NCBI GenBank assembly: GCA_046075565.1
Contig: JBJTQJ010000113.1
Coordinates: forward strand, 1 to 43,297
DNA: 43,297 nucleotides
Direction: 5' to 3'
Origin: Verrucomicrobiales bacterium
GTDB lineage: Bacteria > Verrucomicrobiota > Verrucomicrobiia > Verrucomicrobiales > SLCJ01
Each line of letters starts with the position of its first letter. Position 1 is the stretch's first letter. A program made the translations under genes and the position numbers. Below are positions 10,118-19,550 of this stretch, piece by piece. The notes under the pieces were generated by a model. That model saw only the letters and a list, made by a program, of their open reading frames with translations, was not told the DNA's origin and ran no database searches.

Positions 10118-12604
10118 ATGCACGATTACTCGAAAACCGAAACCCTGCCCGCCGGCTCCGGTGCCCTCCGCACGGTCAGCGTGACCTACCAGGATAAACC
10201 CGTCCGCTACTTCATCTGGGCCTCCATTATCTTTGGGGTGGTGGCGATGCTCGCCGGGGTGCTCGCCGCACTGCAGTTGAGCCATTGGCAGGCCAACCTC
10301 GGCTTGGAATAAATCACGTTCGGCCGCCTGCGCCCGCTGCACACCAATGCCGCGATTTTCGCATTCGTCGGGAATATGATGTTCGCCGGGGTTTGTTATT
10401 CCACGCAGCGGTTGTGCAAAGTGGCGACGGCGAGCAATCTGCTCACCTGGATTCACTTCTGGGGATGGCAGCTCATCATCGTTTTCGCGGCGATTTCGCT
10501 CCCGCTCGATTACACGCGCGGCAAGGAATACGCCGAATTGATTTGGCCGATCAATATCATGGTCGCCGTCATCTGGGTCGTCTTCGCCATCAACTTCTTC
10601 TGGACCCTGGCCAAACGGAACGAACCCAGCCTCTATGTCGCACTCTGGTTCTACATCGCCACCATCGTCACGGTGGCCATGCTTTACATCGTGAACCACC
10701 TCTCCGTGCCGACGGCGTGGAATCATAGTTACAGCCTCTTTGCCGGGGTGCAGGATGCGCTTGTGCAATGGTGGTATGGTCACAACGCGGTCGCTTTCTT
10801 CCTCACCACTCCGATTCTCGGCATCATGTATTATTTCATGCCGAAGGCGGCCCAGCGGCCGGTCTATTCCTACCGGCTCTCCATCGTGCACTTCTGGTCG
10901 CTGGTTTTCATCTACATCTGGGCCGGCCCGCACCACCTGCTGAATACCGCGCTTCCCGAATGGCTGCAATACCTCGGCATGTTCTTCTCGCTCATGCTCT
11001 GGGCACCGTCATGGGGCGGCATGCTCAACGGCCTGCTCACTCTCCGCGGAGCTTGGGACAAACTGCGCACCGATCCGGTCATCAAGTTCTTCGTGGCCGG
11101 TGTCACGTTCTACGGCATGTCCACTTTCGAAGGCCCGTTGCTCTCGATCCGGGCGGTGAATTACCTCTCGCACTACACCGACTGGACAATCGGCCACGTG
11201 CACGGCGGCACCCTCGGCTGGAACGGCTTCATGGCCGCCGGGATGTTCTACTGGCTCGCTCCGCGCCTGTGGGGGCGCCCGCTGTATTCGAAGGCGCTGG
11301 CCAACATGCACTTCTGGCTCGGCCTCGTCGGTATTCTGATTTACATGCTCTCGATGTGGGTTGCTGGCATCATGCAAGGCCTGATGCTCAACTCCGTGGG
11401 CCCGGATGGCGTGCCGGTGAACAAGGAGTTTGTTGACACCACCACCGCCATCATGCCGATGTATTGGGTTCGCTTCGGTGGTGGACTGCTCTACCTCGTC
11501 GGCTTCCTTCTCCTGGTTTATAACATCGCCCGCACCGCCATTGGCGCGACGCCCGTGGTCGAGACGAAAGAGTTCGTGGTGCCGGAAAAATTGCAAAAAG
11601 ACACCATGACCTGGGGCGCAACCTTCAAGAACGACCCCATGACCTACATCAGCCTCGGGGTCGTCTTCCTCCTGCTCGCTTTCTTCCTCCCCACCGGAGC
11701 GAATTTCGCCGCGATGATCTGCACCGGTTTGCTCGCCATCATGGCGGTAGGAGCGTTCAAACGTTCCAACGGCGGATGGTCGCAATGGTATGAACGCCTC
11801 GAAACGAACTGGCTGCCCTTCACCGTGCTCACGCTCATCGCCGTGGCCATCGGCGGGGCCGTGCAAATCATCCCGGCCGTGGTCGCCCACGGGGCTACCA
11901 GTGTCGAGGATCGCAAGCAAGTGCTTTACACACCTCTCGAACTGGCCGGTCGCGACATCTACATCACCGAAGGCTGTTACAACTGCCACTCGCAGATGAT
12001 CCGCACCATCAAGCCCGATGTTGCCCGATATGGTGATTGGAGCCGACTTGGCGAAAGCATCTACGACCATCCGTTCCAATGGGGGTCACGCCGCACCGGT
12101 CCGGACCTTGCCCGCGAAGGCGGCAAACGCACCGACTCGTGGCATTACAACCACTTCATGGATCCGCGCTGGGGGAACAAGGATTCGATCATGCCGAACT
12201 ACGCCTGGCTAGCCGAGCAGAAACTCGATGTAAAAGCACTGCCCGGAAAAATTGCCGTGCAACGTGATTACCTCAAGGTGCCTTATCCGGCGATGACAAA
12301 AGACGAGATCGAACAGTCGGCCAACGACCAGGCCATGAAGATGGCCATCGCCATGGCACCGGAGATGACCAGAATCCCCGAGGGCGGATTCTTTAAGGAC
12401 CTGCAAGGCAAACAGAGCGTCTCACCCGAAGAGATGGCCAATCGTTTCGCCCAGAGCAAGATGGTTGCTCTCATCGCCTATATGCAGAAGTTGGGCACCT
12501 ACGAGAAGGTCGAGGCGAAACCCGCCGCCGAGCCGAAACCCGGCTTGCCGGATCGCGGCTTCGGTGTGCCCGACCGCCAGCGCTCAGAGTCCGCCGCCCG
12601 TTAA
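10118..12604 (+). pseudogene. ccoNO: fused cbb3-type cytochrome c oxidase subunits I+II, interrupted by in-frame TAA at 10310-10312
   Basis: ORFs 10118 and 10376 share a frame; read-through gives GLE*ITFGRLRPLHTNAAIFAF. WWYGHNAV, WAGPHH, TIGHVH (CcoN); EGCYNCHSQMIR, WGSRRTGPDLAR (CcoO). Identity is secure; pseudogene versus sequencing error is unresolved. Confidence 0.85.
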
Positions 12605-12633
12605 TTCCGAAACTCCAACCCATCCAATTCACC

Positions 12634-12834
12634 ATGACTTCACTTGTGAAACGAATTATGCTCGAAGTCGGATTTTCCGACCTGCTCTTGCAATCACTGA
12701 CCTTCCTTTCCTTCATGATGGTTTTCCTGGTCTTCATGCTGGCCGTTGGCCGCGCCGTGGCGGCCAAGAAGAGCAACATGGATCACCTGGCCGCCCTTCC
12801 GTTTTCCGATGAGAAAGGAGACAATCATGTCTGA
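12634..12834 (+). CDS. ccoQ: cbb3 oxidase small subunit CcoQ-like (start may be 12658)
   Basis: Single-TM small protein with HLAALPFSDE motif between ccoO and ccoP. Confidence 0.7.
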   Translation: MTSLVKRIMLEVGFSDLLLQSLTFLSFMMVFLVFMLAVGRAVAAKKSNMDHLAALPFSDEKGDNHV

Positions 12835-13480
12835 GCACCCCAACCAAGATCAACACACCACCCGCGAGGAAGAACTTCCGCCCGGCGTGCATCTCCGCCC
12901 CCATGTCTTCGATGGCATCGAAGAGTTCGACCAGCGCCTGCCCAACTGGTGGTTGTGGACATTTTACGGCGCCATCATCTGGTTTGCGATCTGGTGGGTC
13001 GCCCACTACCAATTCGGCTGGGGCAAGGACGATGCGGCCTCCATGGCCGAGTTCAAGGCGGAGGTCGCGGAAATCCAGGCCGCGAAACTCCAGGAGATGT
13101 TTTCCACGGATCCGGATGGCACGCTGTGGCGCATGAGCCTGAACAGCGCCTCCGTTGACAAAGGCCAGACCATCTTCGAGGGCAAATGTGTCGTCTGCCA
13201 CGGCAAGGATCTTTCGGCGATGCAGGATGGTATCAAGCTGGCCGGTCTTCCGCTCAACGACAAGGAATGGAAATACGGGGGCACGCCCTTCGAGCCGATG
13301 AATGTCTTCAACATCATCAAGGACGGCTCGCCCGACAAGGCCGCCGGCATGCAGGCATGGGCCGGGGATATCGGACTGGACGGCGTCGCCGATGTCACCG
13401 CCTTCGTGCTCAGTCACCACGCGGCTCCGCCTGAAGCGACCAAGGAACCAGCCGCGGAATCTCCGCCCGCCGTCCAGTAA
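12827..13480 (+). CDS. ccoP: cbb3 oxidase subunit III (monoheme)
   Basis: HVFDGIEEFDQRLPNWW FixP N-terminal motif; one CVVCH; AAGGAG RBS upstream. Confidence 0.9.
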   Translation: MSEHPNQDQHTTREEELPPGVHLRPHVFDGIEEFDQRLPNWWLWTFYGAIIWFAIWWVAHYQFGWGKDDAASMAEFKAEVAEIQAAKLQEMFSTDPDGTLWRMSLNSASVDKGQTIFEGKCVVCHGKDLSAMQDGIKLAGLPLNDKEWKYGGTPFEPMNVFNIIKDGSPDKAAGMQAWAGDIGLDGVADVTAFVLSHHAAPPEATKEPAAESPPAVQ

Positions 13481-13522
13481 TCCACGAGGAGGAGCCGCTC
13501 TCCCCCCAGGCTCCTTGCTCAA

Positions 13523-14951
13523 ATGTCCACGCCCCCCTCTAGTATAAAGCCGAATCTCGTTTCCGTAACGACGATCAACCGCGATGGTTCGCGGTTCTTC
13601 CTCCACCCGGCCGACGTGAAGGGCTGGTTCACGCGCTTCCGGCGCCTTTTTGCGGTGATCTTGATCGCGGTTTACGTGCTGCTTCCCTGGATTCCCATCA
13701 ACGGGCATCCGGCGGTGTTCTTCGATGTCGAGAATGGACGCTACCATGTCTTCGGGCTGACCTTTCTCACCCAGGACCTGTGGTTGCTCTTTTTCCTTCT
13801 CAGCGGTTTCGGGTTCGCCTTGATTTACATCACCTCGCTCTTCGATCGCCTGTGGTGCGGTTGGGCTTGTCCCTACACCGTCTTCCTCGAACATGTTTTC
13901 CGCAGAATCGAACGCTTCATCGATGGCGACGCGGTGGCACGGAAGAAACTCGACGCCGAACCGATGTCGGCTTCGAAGTTCTTCAAGCGTGTCATTAAAC
14001 ATGGGCTCTACCTCCTATGCGCCGCGCTCATCGCCCATCTTTTTCTGTCCTACTTAGTTTCCCTGCCGCGCTTGTATGAGTTCATGCAGGAACGACCCAG
14101 CAAACACCTGCGCTCTTTCGCCGTGGTGGCCGCCCTGACCGGTGCACTTTATTTTTGCTTCGCCTGGTTCCGCGAACAATTCTGCATCATCCTCTGTCCC
14201 TACGGCCGCATCCAGTCCGCCCTCACCGACGACGATACCATTGTCATCGGCTACGACGAGAAACGCGGTGAACCACGCGGCAAGGGAAAAGAAGGTGTCG
14301 GCGATTGCATCGACTGCCGTCGCTGCGTGCAGGTTTGTCCTACGGGCATCGACATTCGCAATGGACTCCAACTCGAGTGTATCGGTTGCGCCGCCTGCAT
14401 CGACGCTTGCGACGACATCATGGAGAAGGTGGACAAACAAAGGGCCTGGTGCGTTATGATTCGCTCAACGGCTTGCAAGGAAAAAACACCGCTACCTGAG
14501 GCCTCGCACCTATCTCTATACCGCTCTCCTTCTCCTCGGTGCCGGTGTCCTGACGTTCTTCCTCGGACGCCTCACGCCTTTCCATGTGGCCATCACCCGC
14601 ATGAATGGTCCCGCGCATTACGTGACCGCCACGGAAGTGCGCAATCAGTTCAATGTGCGTCTCACCACGAAACGGAATGAGGAAAGCATTTTCCATATTC
14701 GGGTGAAGGATGCACCCGTGGGAATGCGTTGGGTGCCGACCAGCGAGGATGCCATCCCCGTGCCCGGCCAATCGGAGATCGATAAGCCATTTGTCGTGAC
14801 GATGGATCGCGAGCATTACAAGGGCCCGACTCCGCTGATCATTGAAGTGACCGGTGAACCGGGAGGCGGGCGCGTCGAAAATGCCGTCGAGTTCCTCGGT
14901 CCCGATCCCCGCCTCATGCCAGCCGTCGAAAAAGAAGGAGGTAACCCGTGA
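13523..14951 (+). pseudogene. ccoG: cbb3 accessory 4Fe-4S protein CcoG/FixG with two frameshifts
   Basis: WCGWACP, FCIILCPYGRIQ, CIDCRRCVQVCPTGIDIR, CIGCAACIDAC; adding one base near 14438 and one in the A6 run 14481-14486 restores DKPKGLVRYDSLNGLQGKKHRYLRPRTYLY and joins ORF 14586-14951. Confidence 0.85.
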
Positions 14952-15142
14952 GCGCCGCCGAACATGGTTTCTTCCGCAAACGCCCGTGGCTCTTTGTTGT
15001 GGCCGCATTTGTCCTGTTGATCACGGCATGGACCATCCTCATCACCATCGCGGTGAAAAACCGGCCCGAAGATGTGGCCAACCCTCTCCAACCCGAACCA
15101 ACAGCCGCCGTGCAAGAGAAAGGAGCTTCCGATGGCCGCTGA
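14948..15142 (+). CDS. small single-TM protein, CcoH/FixH-like by position
   Basis: GTG overlaps the ccoG stop; PWLFVVAAFVLLITAW TM segment. Confidence 0.55.
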   Translation: MSAAEHGFFRKRPWLFVVAAFVLLITAWTILITIAVKNRPEDVANPLQPEPTAAVQEKGASDGR

Positions 15143-15833
15143 ACTCGAACTCATCAACACCGCCGCCGGTGCCTTCGTGGCCGGATTGATCACGAGTGTG
15201 CATTGCGTCGGCATGTGCGGACCACTCGCCTGCGGCGTGGCCGGGCTTGGTTGCCGCACGGGCATCAAACACGGGCCGGTTGCCGGTTATCACTTCGGAT
15301 GTCTGGTGATCTATACGTTGTTAGGGGCCGCCGCCGGCGGCATCGGACAAGTGCCCGTGGCCACCCTCGTGAAAAGCCCCGCCGCCCTGCTGCCGTGGAT
15401 GTTGATTCTGGCCTTGCTGGTCACCGGTCTCGGACTGGACAAACGTCTTGTCCCGCGGATTCCCGCGATGACCCGTCTCAGCCTGCGCCTGCGGAGTTTG
15501 TTCTCCAAACTCGGGGCCGGCAAAGGCGGGCTCGTGCTCGGTTTTGCCACGCCCTTGCTGCCCTGCACTCCGTTGTATCTCATCCTCGGGGCTGCGTTGG
15601 TGAGCGGGTCGATTGCCAAAGGAGCGGAGTTCATGGCCGCGTTTGCTTTGGGAACGATTCCTTTGTTATGGGTAACCCAGAGCGGATGGTTCTGGTTGCG
15701 CGGCCGCTTCGGAGCCCATGGGCTCGAGTATGCCCGCCGGAGTCTGGCCGTCATCACCGCACTTGTTCTGATCTGGCGCTTGCGCGGCACCCTCCCATGG
15801 GTCGAACTCGCCGGCCCCGGTTGCTGCGGGTGA
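15132..15833 (+). CDS. DsbD_2 / sulfite exporter TauE-SafE-like membrane protein (cbb3-associated)
   Basis: SVHCVGMCGP, LLPCTPLY, MAAFALGTIP motifs; AGGAG RBS. Confidence 0.85.
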   Translation: MAAELELINTAAGAFVAGLITSVHCVGMCGPLACGVAGLGCRTGIKHGPVAGYHFGCLVIYTLLGAAAGGIGQVPVATLVKSPAALLPWMLILALLVTGLGLDKRLVPRIPAMTRLSLRLRSLFSKLGAGKGGLVLGFATPLLPCTPLYLILGAALVSGSIAKGAEFMAAFALGTIPLLWVTQSGWFWLRGRFGAHGLEYARRSLAVITALVLIWRLRGTLPWVELAGPGCCG

Positions 15834-15866
15834 ATTTCCAAACCATCAGGTCTCCACGTTTCTCCG

Positions 15867-18359
15867 ATGTCTTCCCACTCGAAATCCTGCCTCCACTGCG
15901 GCTCTCCGGTTCCCGAAGGAATCGGGATGGAGGATTTCTGCTGCCATGGTTGCGAGTTCGTGCACGGCATGATCGAAGGGGAAGGCATGGATCACTTCTA
16001 TGATCTCAAAGGCGACAAAGCCCTCGAACCGGTGCGCGGACGAGCTTTCACCGCCCTCGACTGGTCATGGCTCGATGAGAAAACCCGGGAGATCGAAAGT
16101 GCTTCCGGCGAGGTAAGCGCGCTCACCGCCGGCGTGGAAGGAGTTTCCTGCATCGGCTGCTTCTGGTTGCTGGAAAAACTTTTCCAACGCGAAGCGGGTG
16201 CGATGGATTGCGAAGTCCATCCCTCGAATGGAAAAATCCGGCTGCGCTGGAAAACCGGCCAATGTGATATCGCGGCCTTCGCTCGCAAGCTTCAGCAATT
16301 CGGCTACACCATCGTGCCGGAAGCCCGCGCCTCCGCCGGACGCGCCGAAGCCTCCGAGTTGCGCCTGCGTCTCGGCCTGACCGCCGCTTTCATGATGAAT
16401 TGCATGGCCTTCACATTGCCGGGTTACCTCGGCATGAAGAAGGATTTCTTCCTCGCCGGTTTGTTCGAACAGATCGTCGCGCTCTCTGCCACCCTGGCCA
16501 TGCTGACCGGTGGCACCTATTTCATCCAACGCGCGTGGGCCGCCCTCAAACACGGGGTCTTGCACATGGACTTCCCCATCGCCGTGGGTGTCGTCGTGGC
16601 GTGGATCGCGTCCATCGCCGGATGGATGGGCGGATGGGATTCCCTCGTCTACTTCGACTTTGTTGCCCTCTTCCTAACTCTCATGTTGGCGGGACGCCTC
16701 TTGCAGATCTCCGCCGTCGAGCGCCACCGCAATCGCGCCGCTGGAGCCGCGGCACTCCCGCGCATCGTGACCGACCCGGCGGGAAAAAAGATTCCGGTCG
16801 AAGGACTCAAGCCCGGCGAAAGCTACCTCGTCGCTCCCGGAGCCGTTGTGCCCGTGGCCAGCCAAATGGAAAACGCGGCCGCGGAACTCAGTCTCGAATG
16901 GATCAACGGAGAATCCGATACCCATCTCTGGTCGGCCGGACGCCGTGTGCCCTCGGGGGCCATCAACGTCGGCCGCCAAACGCTCGAACTCCGGGCGGAC
17001 GAAACTTGGGAAGGCAGCCTGCTCCATCGCTTGGCCGGGGGGGCCGAGACGTATGGACCAGGCTGCCGACCCTTGCTTGAAAAAGTGCTGAAATGGTATG
17101 TGGTGATTGTGCTCTTGCTCGCCTTCGGCGGGGCGGGATTCTGGCTCGCCACGGGAGCCGGTTGGGTCGTAGCACTGCAGGTCCTGGTGAGTGTGTTGGT
17201 GGTGAGCTGTCCTTGCTCCACCGGGCTCGCGCCCCCCTTGGCCGACGATCTTTCCCGCACCCTGCTGCAACGCGCCGGGGTTTTCCTGCGCCGCGACGAC
17301 TTCTGGGCCCGACTGCCCGGCATTCGGAAGGTTTTCTTCGACAAAACCGGCACCCTGACCATGGAGCGCCCGGAGTTGCTGAATCCCGCCGCTCTCGATG
17401 CCCTCGATGCCTCCGAGAGGGAAAATCTCCGCGCCCTCGTCGCCGGAAGCCTCCACCCGATCAGCCGCCGCCTGCTCGAAAGTGTCGGTGGAGCGGGGCA
17501 GGGGACTCCGCCCGAAGTCGAGGAAATTCCCGGCCAAGGGATGAAATTCACCGATCCGACGGGGGTGACCTGGTCACTCGGGCGGCCGGGATTTGTGGCT
17601 GCTGACGGAGAAGAGACCGGAACCGGAGAATTCGACACCCATTTCCGCCGCGATGGCCGTCTGGTCGCCGGGTTCTGCTTCCGCGACTCCCTCCGCCCCG
17701 AATCCCGCCAAGCCATCGACTGGTTGCGCTCCAAAGGCCTCAGCATCGAGATCCTCAGCGGCGACCGCCCGGAAAAGGTCCAGGCCGTGGCCGATCAACT
17801 CGGCCTGCGCGCCGCCGACGGCGGAAAACACCAGACGCTCTTCCTCGGTGACGGAGCCAACGACAGTCTCGCCGCCCAAGAAGCCGCCCGTTCGGGCACT
17901 CCGCTCATGGACCGCTCGCTGCTTGAGGAAAAATCGGACTTCTATTTCACCGGTCGGGGTTTGGGGTTCCTTCCCGTGCTTTTCCGTGTGGGTGCGGTGC
18001 GCCGGGCCGCCGTGGGCCGGATTTTCTCCTTCGCCGCGACCTACAATTTTATCGCCGGGCTCGTCTGCCTCTGCGGCTGGATGCACCCGGTCATTGCCGC
18101 CATCGCCATGCCCGCCGGCTCGATTTTGACCCTCGGTCTCACCGTTTCCTGCTTCCGCCCGTGGCTCGCACCTGGTCGCACGCCGCTCACCGGGAGGACG
18201 CCCGCCTCGCCACTTCAACCGGGGGGACCGCATGAGCGCGTTCACTTTGGCCCGAAGAATCCGCCCTCGGCAGGATACTTTCGCAAGAAAGTTGCACTGT
18301 TGCCGAGGTCTGGTAACATGGCAGCAACGTATGTTGGACCAAGATTTGGAGGAAAATAG
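15867..18359 (+). CDS. ccoI: CcoI/FixI P1B-type copper ATPase, possibly defective
   Basis: CLHC...FCCHGC, SCIGC metal sites, VSCPC, DKTGTLT, HP, SGD, GDGAND; the PxxK segment before GDGAND appears absent; the tail overlaps the next gene. Confidence 0.85.
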   Translation: MSSHSKSCLHCGSPVPEGIGMEDFCCHGCEFVHGMIEGEGMDHFYDLKGDKALEPVRGRAFTALDWSWLDEKTREIESASGEVSALTAGVEGVSCIGCFWLLEKLFQREAGAMDCEVHPSNGKIRLRWKTGQCDIAAFARKLQQFGYTIVPEARASAGRAEASELRLRLGLTAAFMMNCMAFTLPGYLGMKKDFFLAGLFEQIVALSATLAMLTGGTYFIQRAWAALKHGVLHMDFPIAVGVVVAWIASIAGWMGGWDSLVYFDFVALFLTLMLAGRLLQISAVERHRNRAAGAAALPRIVTDPAGKKIPVEGLKPGESYLVAPGAVVPVASQMENAAAELSLEWINGESDTHLWSAGRRVPSGAINVGRQTLELRADETWEGSLLHRLAGGAETYGPGCRPLLEKVLKWYVVIVLLLAFGGAGFWLATGAGWVVALQVLVSVLVVSCPCSTGLAPPLADDLSRTLLQRAGVFLRRDDFWARLPGIRKVFFDKTGTLTMERPELLNPAALDALDASERENLRALVAGSLHPISRRLLESVGGAGQGTPPEVEEIPGQGMKFTDPTGVTWSLGRPGFVAADGEETGTGEFDTHFRRDGRLVAGFCFRDSLRPESRQAIDWLRSKGLSIEILSGDRPEKVQAVADQLGLRAADGGKHQTLFLGDGANDSLAAQEAARSGTPLMDRSLLEEKSDFYFTGRGLGFLPVLFRVGAVRRAAVGRIFSFAATYNFIAGLVCLCGWMHPVIAAIAMPAGSILTLGLTVSCFRPWLAPGRTPLTGRTPASPLQPGGPHERVHFGPKNPPSAGYFRKKVALLPRSGNMAATYVGPRFGGK
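18292..18319 (+). promoter_or_regulatory. putative sigma70 promoter of the AraC regulator
   Basis: TTGCAC-16 nt-TAACAT, 11 nt before ATG 18331. Confidence 0.4.
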
Positions 18360-19230
18360 AGCATTCGAGCTTCTCCGAGATTGCTCCTTGTTCCGCACCT
18401 ATCAGGATGCGTTCAGGGTGGCCACCGGCTTGCCCCTGCAACTGCTTCGTGAAGGCTGCATGGAGGATCGGCGATGCTCGGCCGGACAAACGAACGAGTT
18501 CTGCAAGACGCTGAACGAGAACGGGATGTGTTCCTGCTGCCGGGAGGTCAACCAACTCCTCGGCCGCGAGGCGCAGGAGGAAGCGACCACCATCAGTTGT
18601 TTCGCCGGCATGAAAGAAACCGCCGTCCCCATCCAGTATGCCGGCCGGACCCTCGCCTTCCTGAAAACCGGCGAAGTGCTCACCCACCAACCGAGCGACC
18701 GCGACTTCGAACACATCGCCGGCGTCCTGCTCGGCCAGGGAAAATCCGGCGCGGAAATCACCCTGCTCCGCAAAGCCTACTTCGACAGTCCGGTCGTGGA
18801 AGGAACTCGCTACAAAGGGATGGTCATCCTGCTTTTCACTTTCGGACGCCAACTCACGGAACATCTGAAAGACCTGATCGTAAGCCGCACGGAGAAAACC
18901 CCCATGCCGGTGCGCAAAGCCGTCGAATTCATCGAGCGCAACCTGGATGGCCGTCTCGGCCTCGACGAGGTCGCAGTGCAGTCCGGCCTCAGCGTGAGCC
19001 AATTCTGCAAGGTCTTCAAGGAAACCACCGGCGTCACCTTCACCGAACATTTGAACCGCCGCCGCATCGAATGGGCCCGCCGCGAACTGCTCCGCCCGGG
19101 TGCGCGCGTGACCGAAATCGCCTACAAGGTCGGATTCTCCTCGCTCTCCCAGTTCAACCGCAGCTTCCTCCGCTTCGTCGGCGAGGCTCCCCGCGACTAC
19201 CGCAAACGCCGGTTGCTCGAAGTGGCGTGA
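18331..19230 (+). CDS. AraC family regulator with N-terminal PocR-like sensor domain
   Basis: YQDAFRVATGLPL, NEFC, SCFAGMKETAVPI, FLKTGEV (PocR-like); C-terminal ITEIAYKVGFSSLSQFNRSF-type AraC HTH (VTEIAY here). Confidence 0.88.
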   Translation: MLDQDLEENRAFELLRDCSLFRTYQDAFRVATGLPLQLLREGCMEDRRCSAGQTNEFCKTLNENGMCSCCREVNQLLGREAQEEATTISCFAGMKETAVPIQYAGRTLAFLKTGEVLTHQPSDRDFEHIAGVLLGQGKSGAEITLLRKAYFDSPVVEGTRYKGMVILLFTFGRQLTEHLKDLIVSRTEKTPMPVRKAVEFIERNLDGRLGLDEVAVQSGLSVSQFCKVFKETTGVTFTEHLNRRRIEWARRELLRPGARVTEIAYKVGFSSLSQFNRSFLRFVGEAPRDYRKRRLLEVA

Positions 19231-19550
19231 GTTTTCGTTCGCGTCCTTGTTGATCGGTTGTCTCACTTCTCTGTTTTACCGGAGGGTCGGGGTCAGCGCT
19301 CGCTGCACGCTTTTGAGAGCCCTTCGGGCTAAGTAGAATCACGACCGAAACTCGCCCTTGTGAGTTGCTACCTCACCCGATCCTAAAAAGAGCAACGGCC
19401 CCCCCGCCCTTTTCCAATGGCGAATTTCCAAAAAAAGAAGCATACCTAGCGCTATGCCCAAAAGGACCAAGGCTTTAAGCCCGGCTACTACCAGAAAATT
19501 TCTTGGTAAAGCGGCCTGGAGAGCTATTCTTCCGATTAAGGTATTTCCCC

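Noticed and set aside
10310-10312. TAA recoding or alternative genetic code
   Set aside because: TAA is a normal stop for ccoNO (12604), ccoP, the barrel gene and others in this window
19231-19550. ncRNA or small ORF (19454-19753) in the lower-GC gap after the AraC gene
   Set aside because: Only weak pairing (CCGGAGGG/CCCTTCGG) and no coding signature; insufficient support
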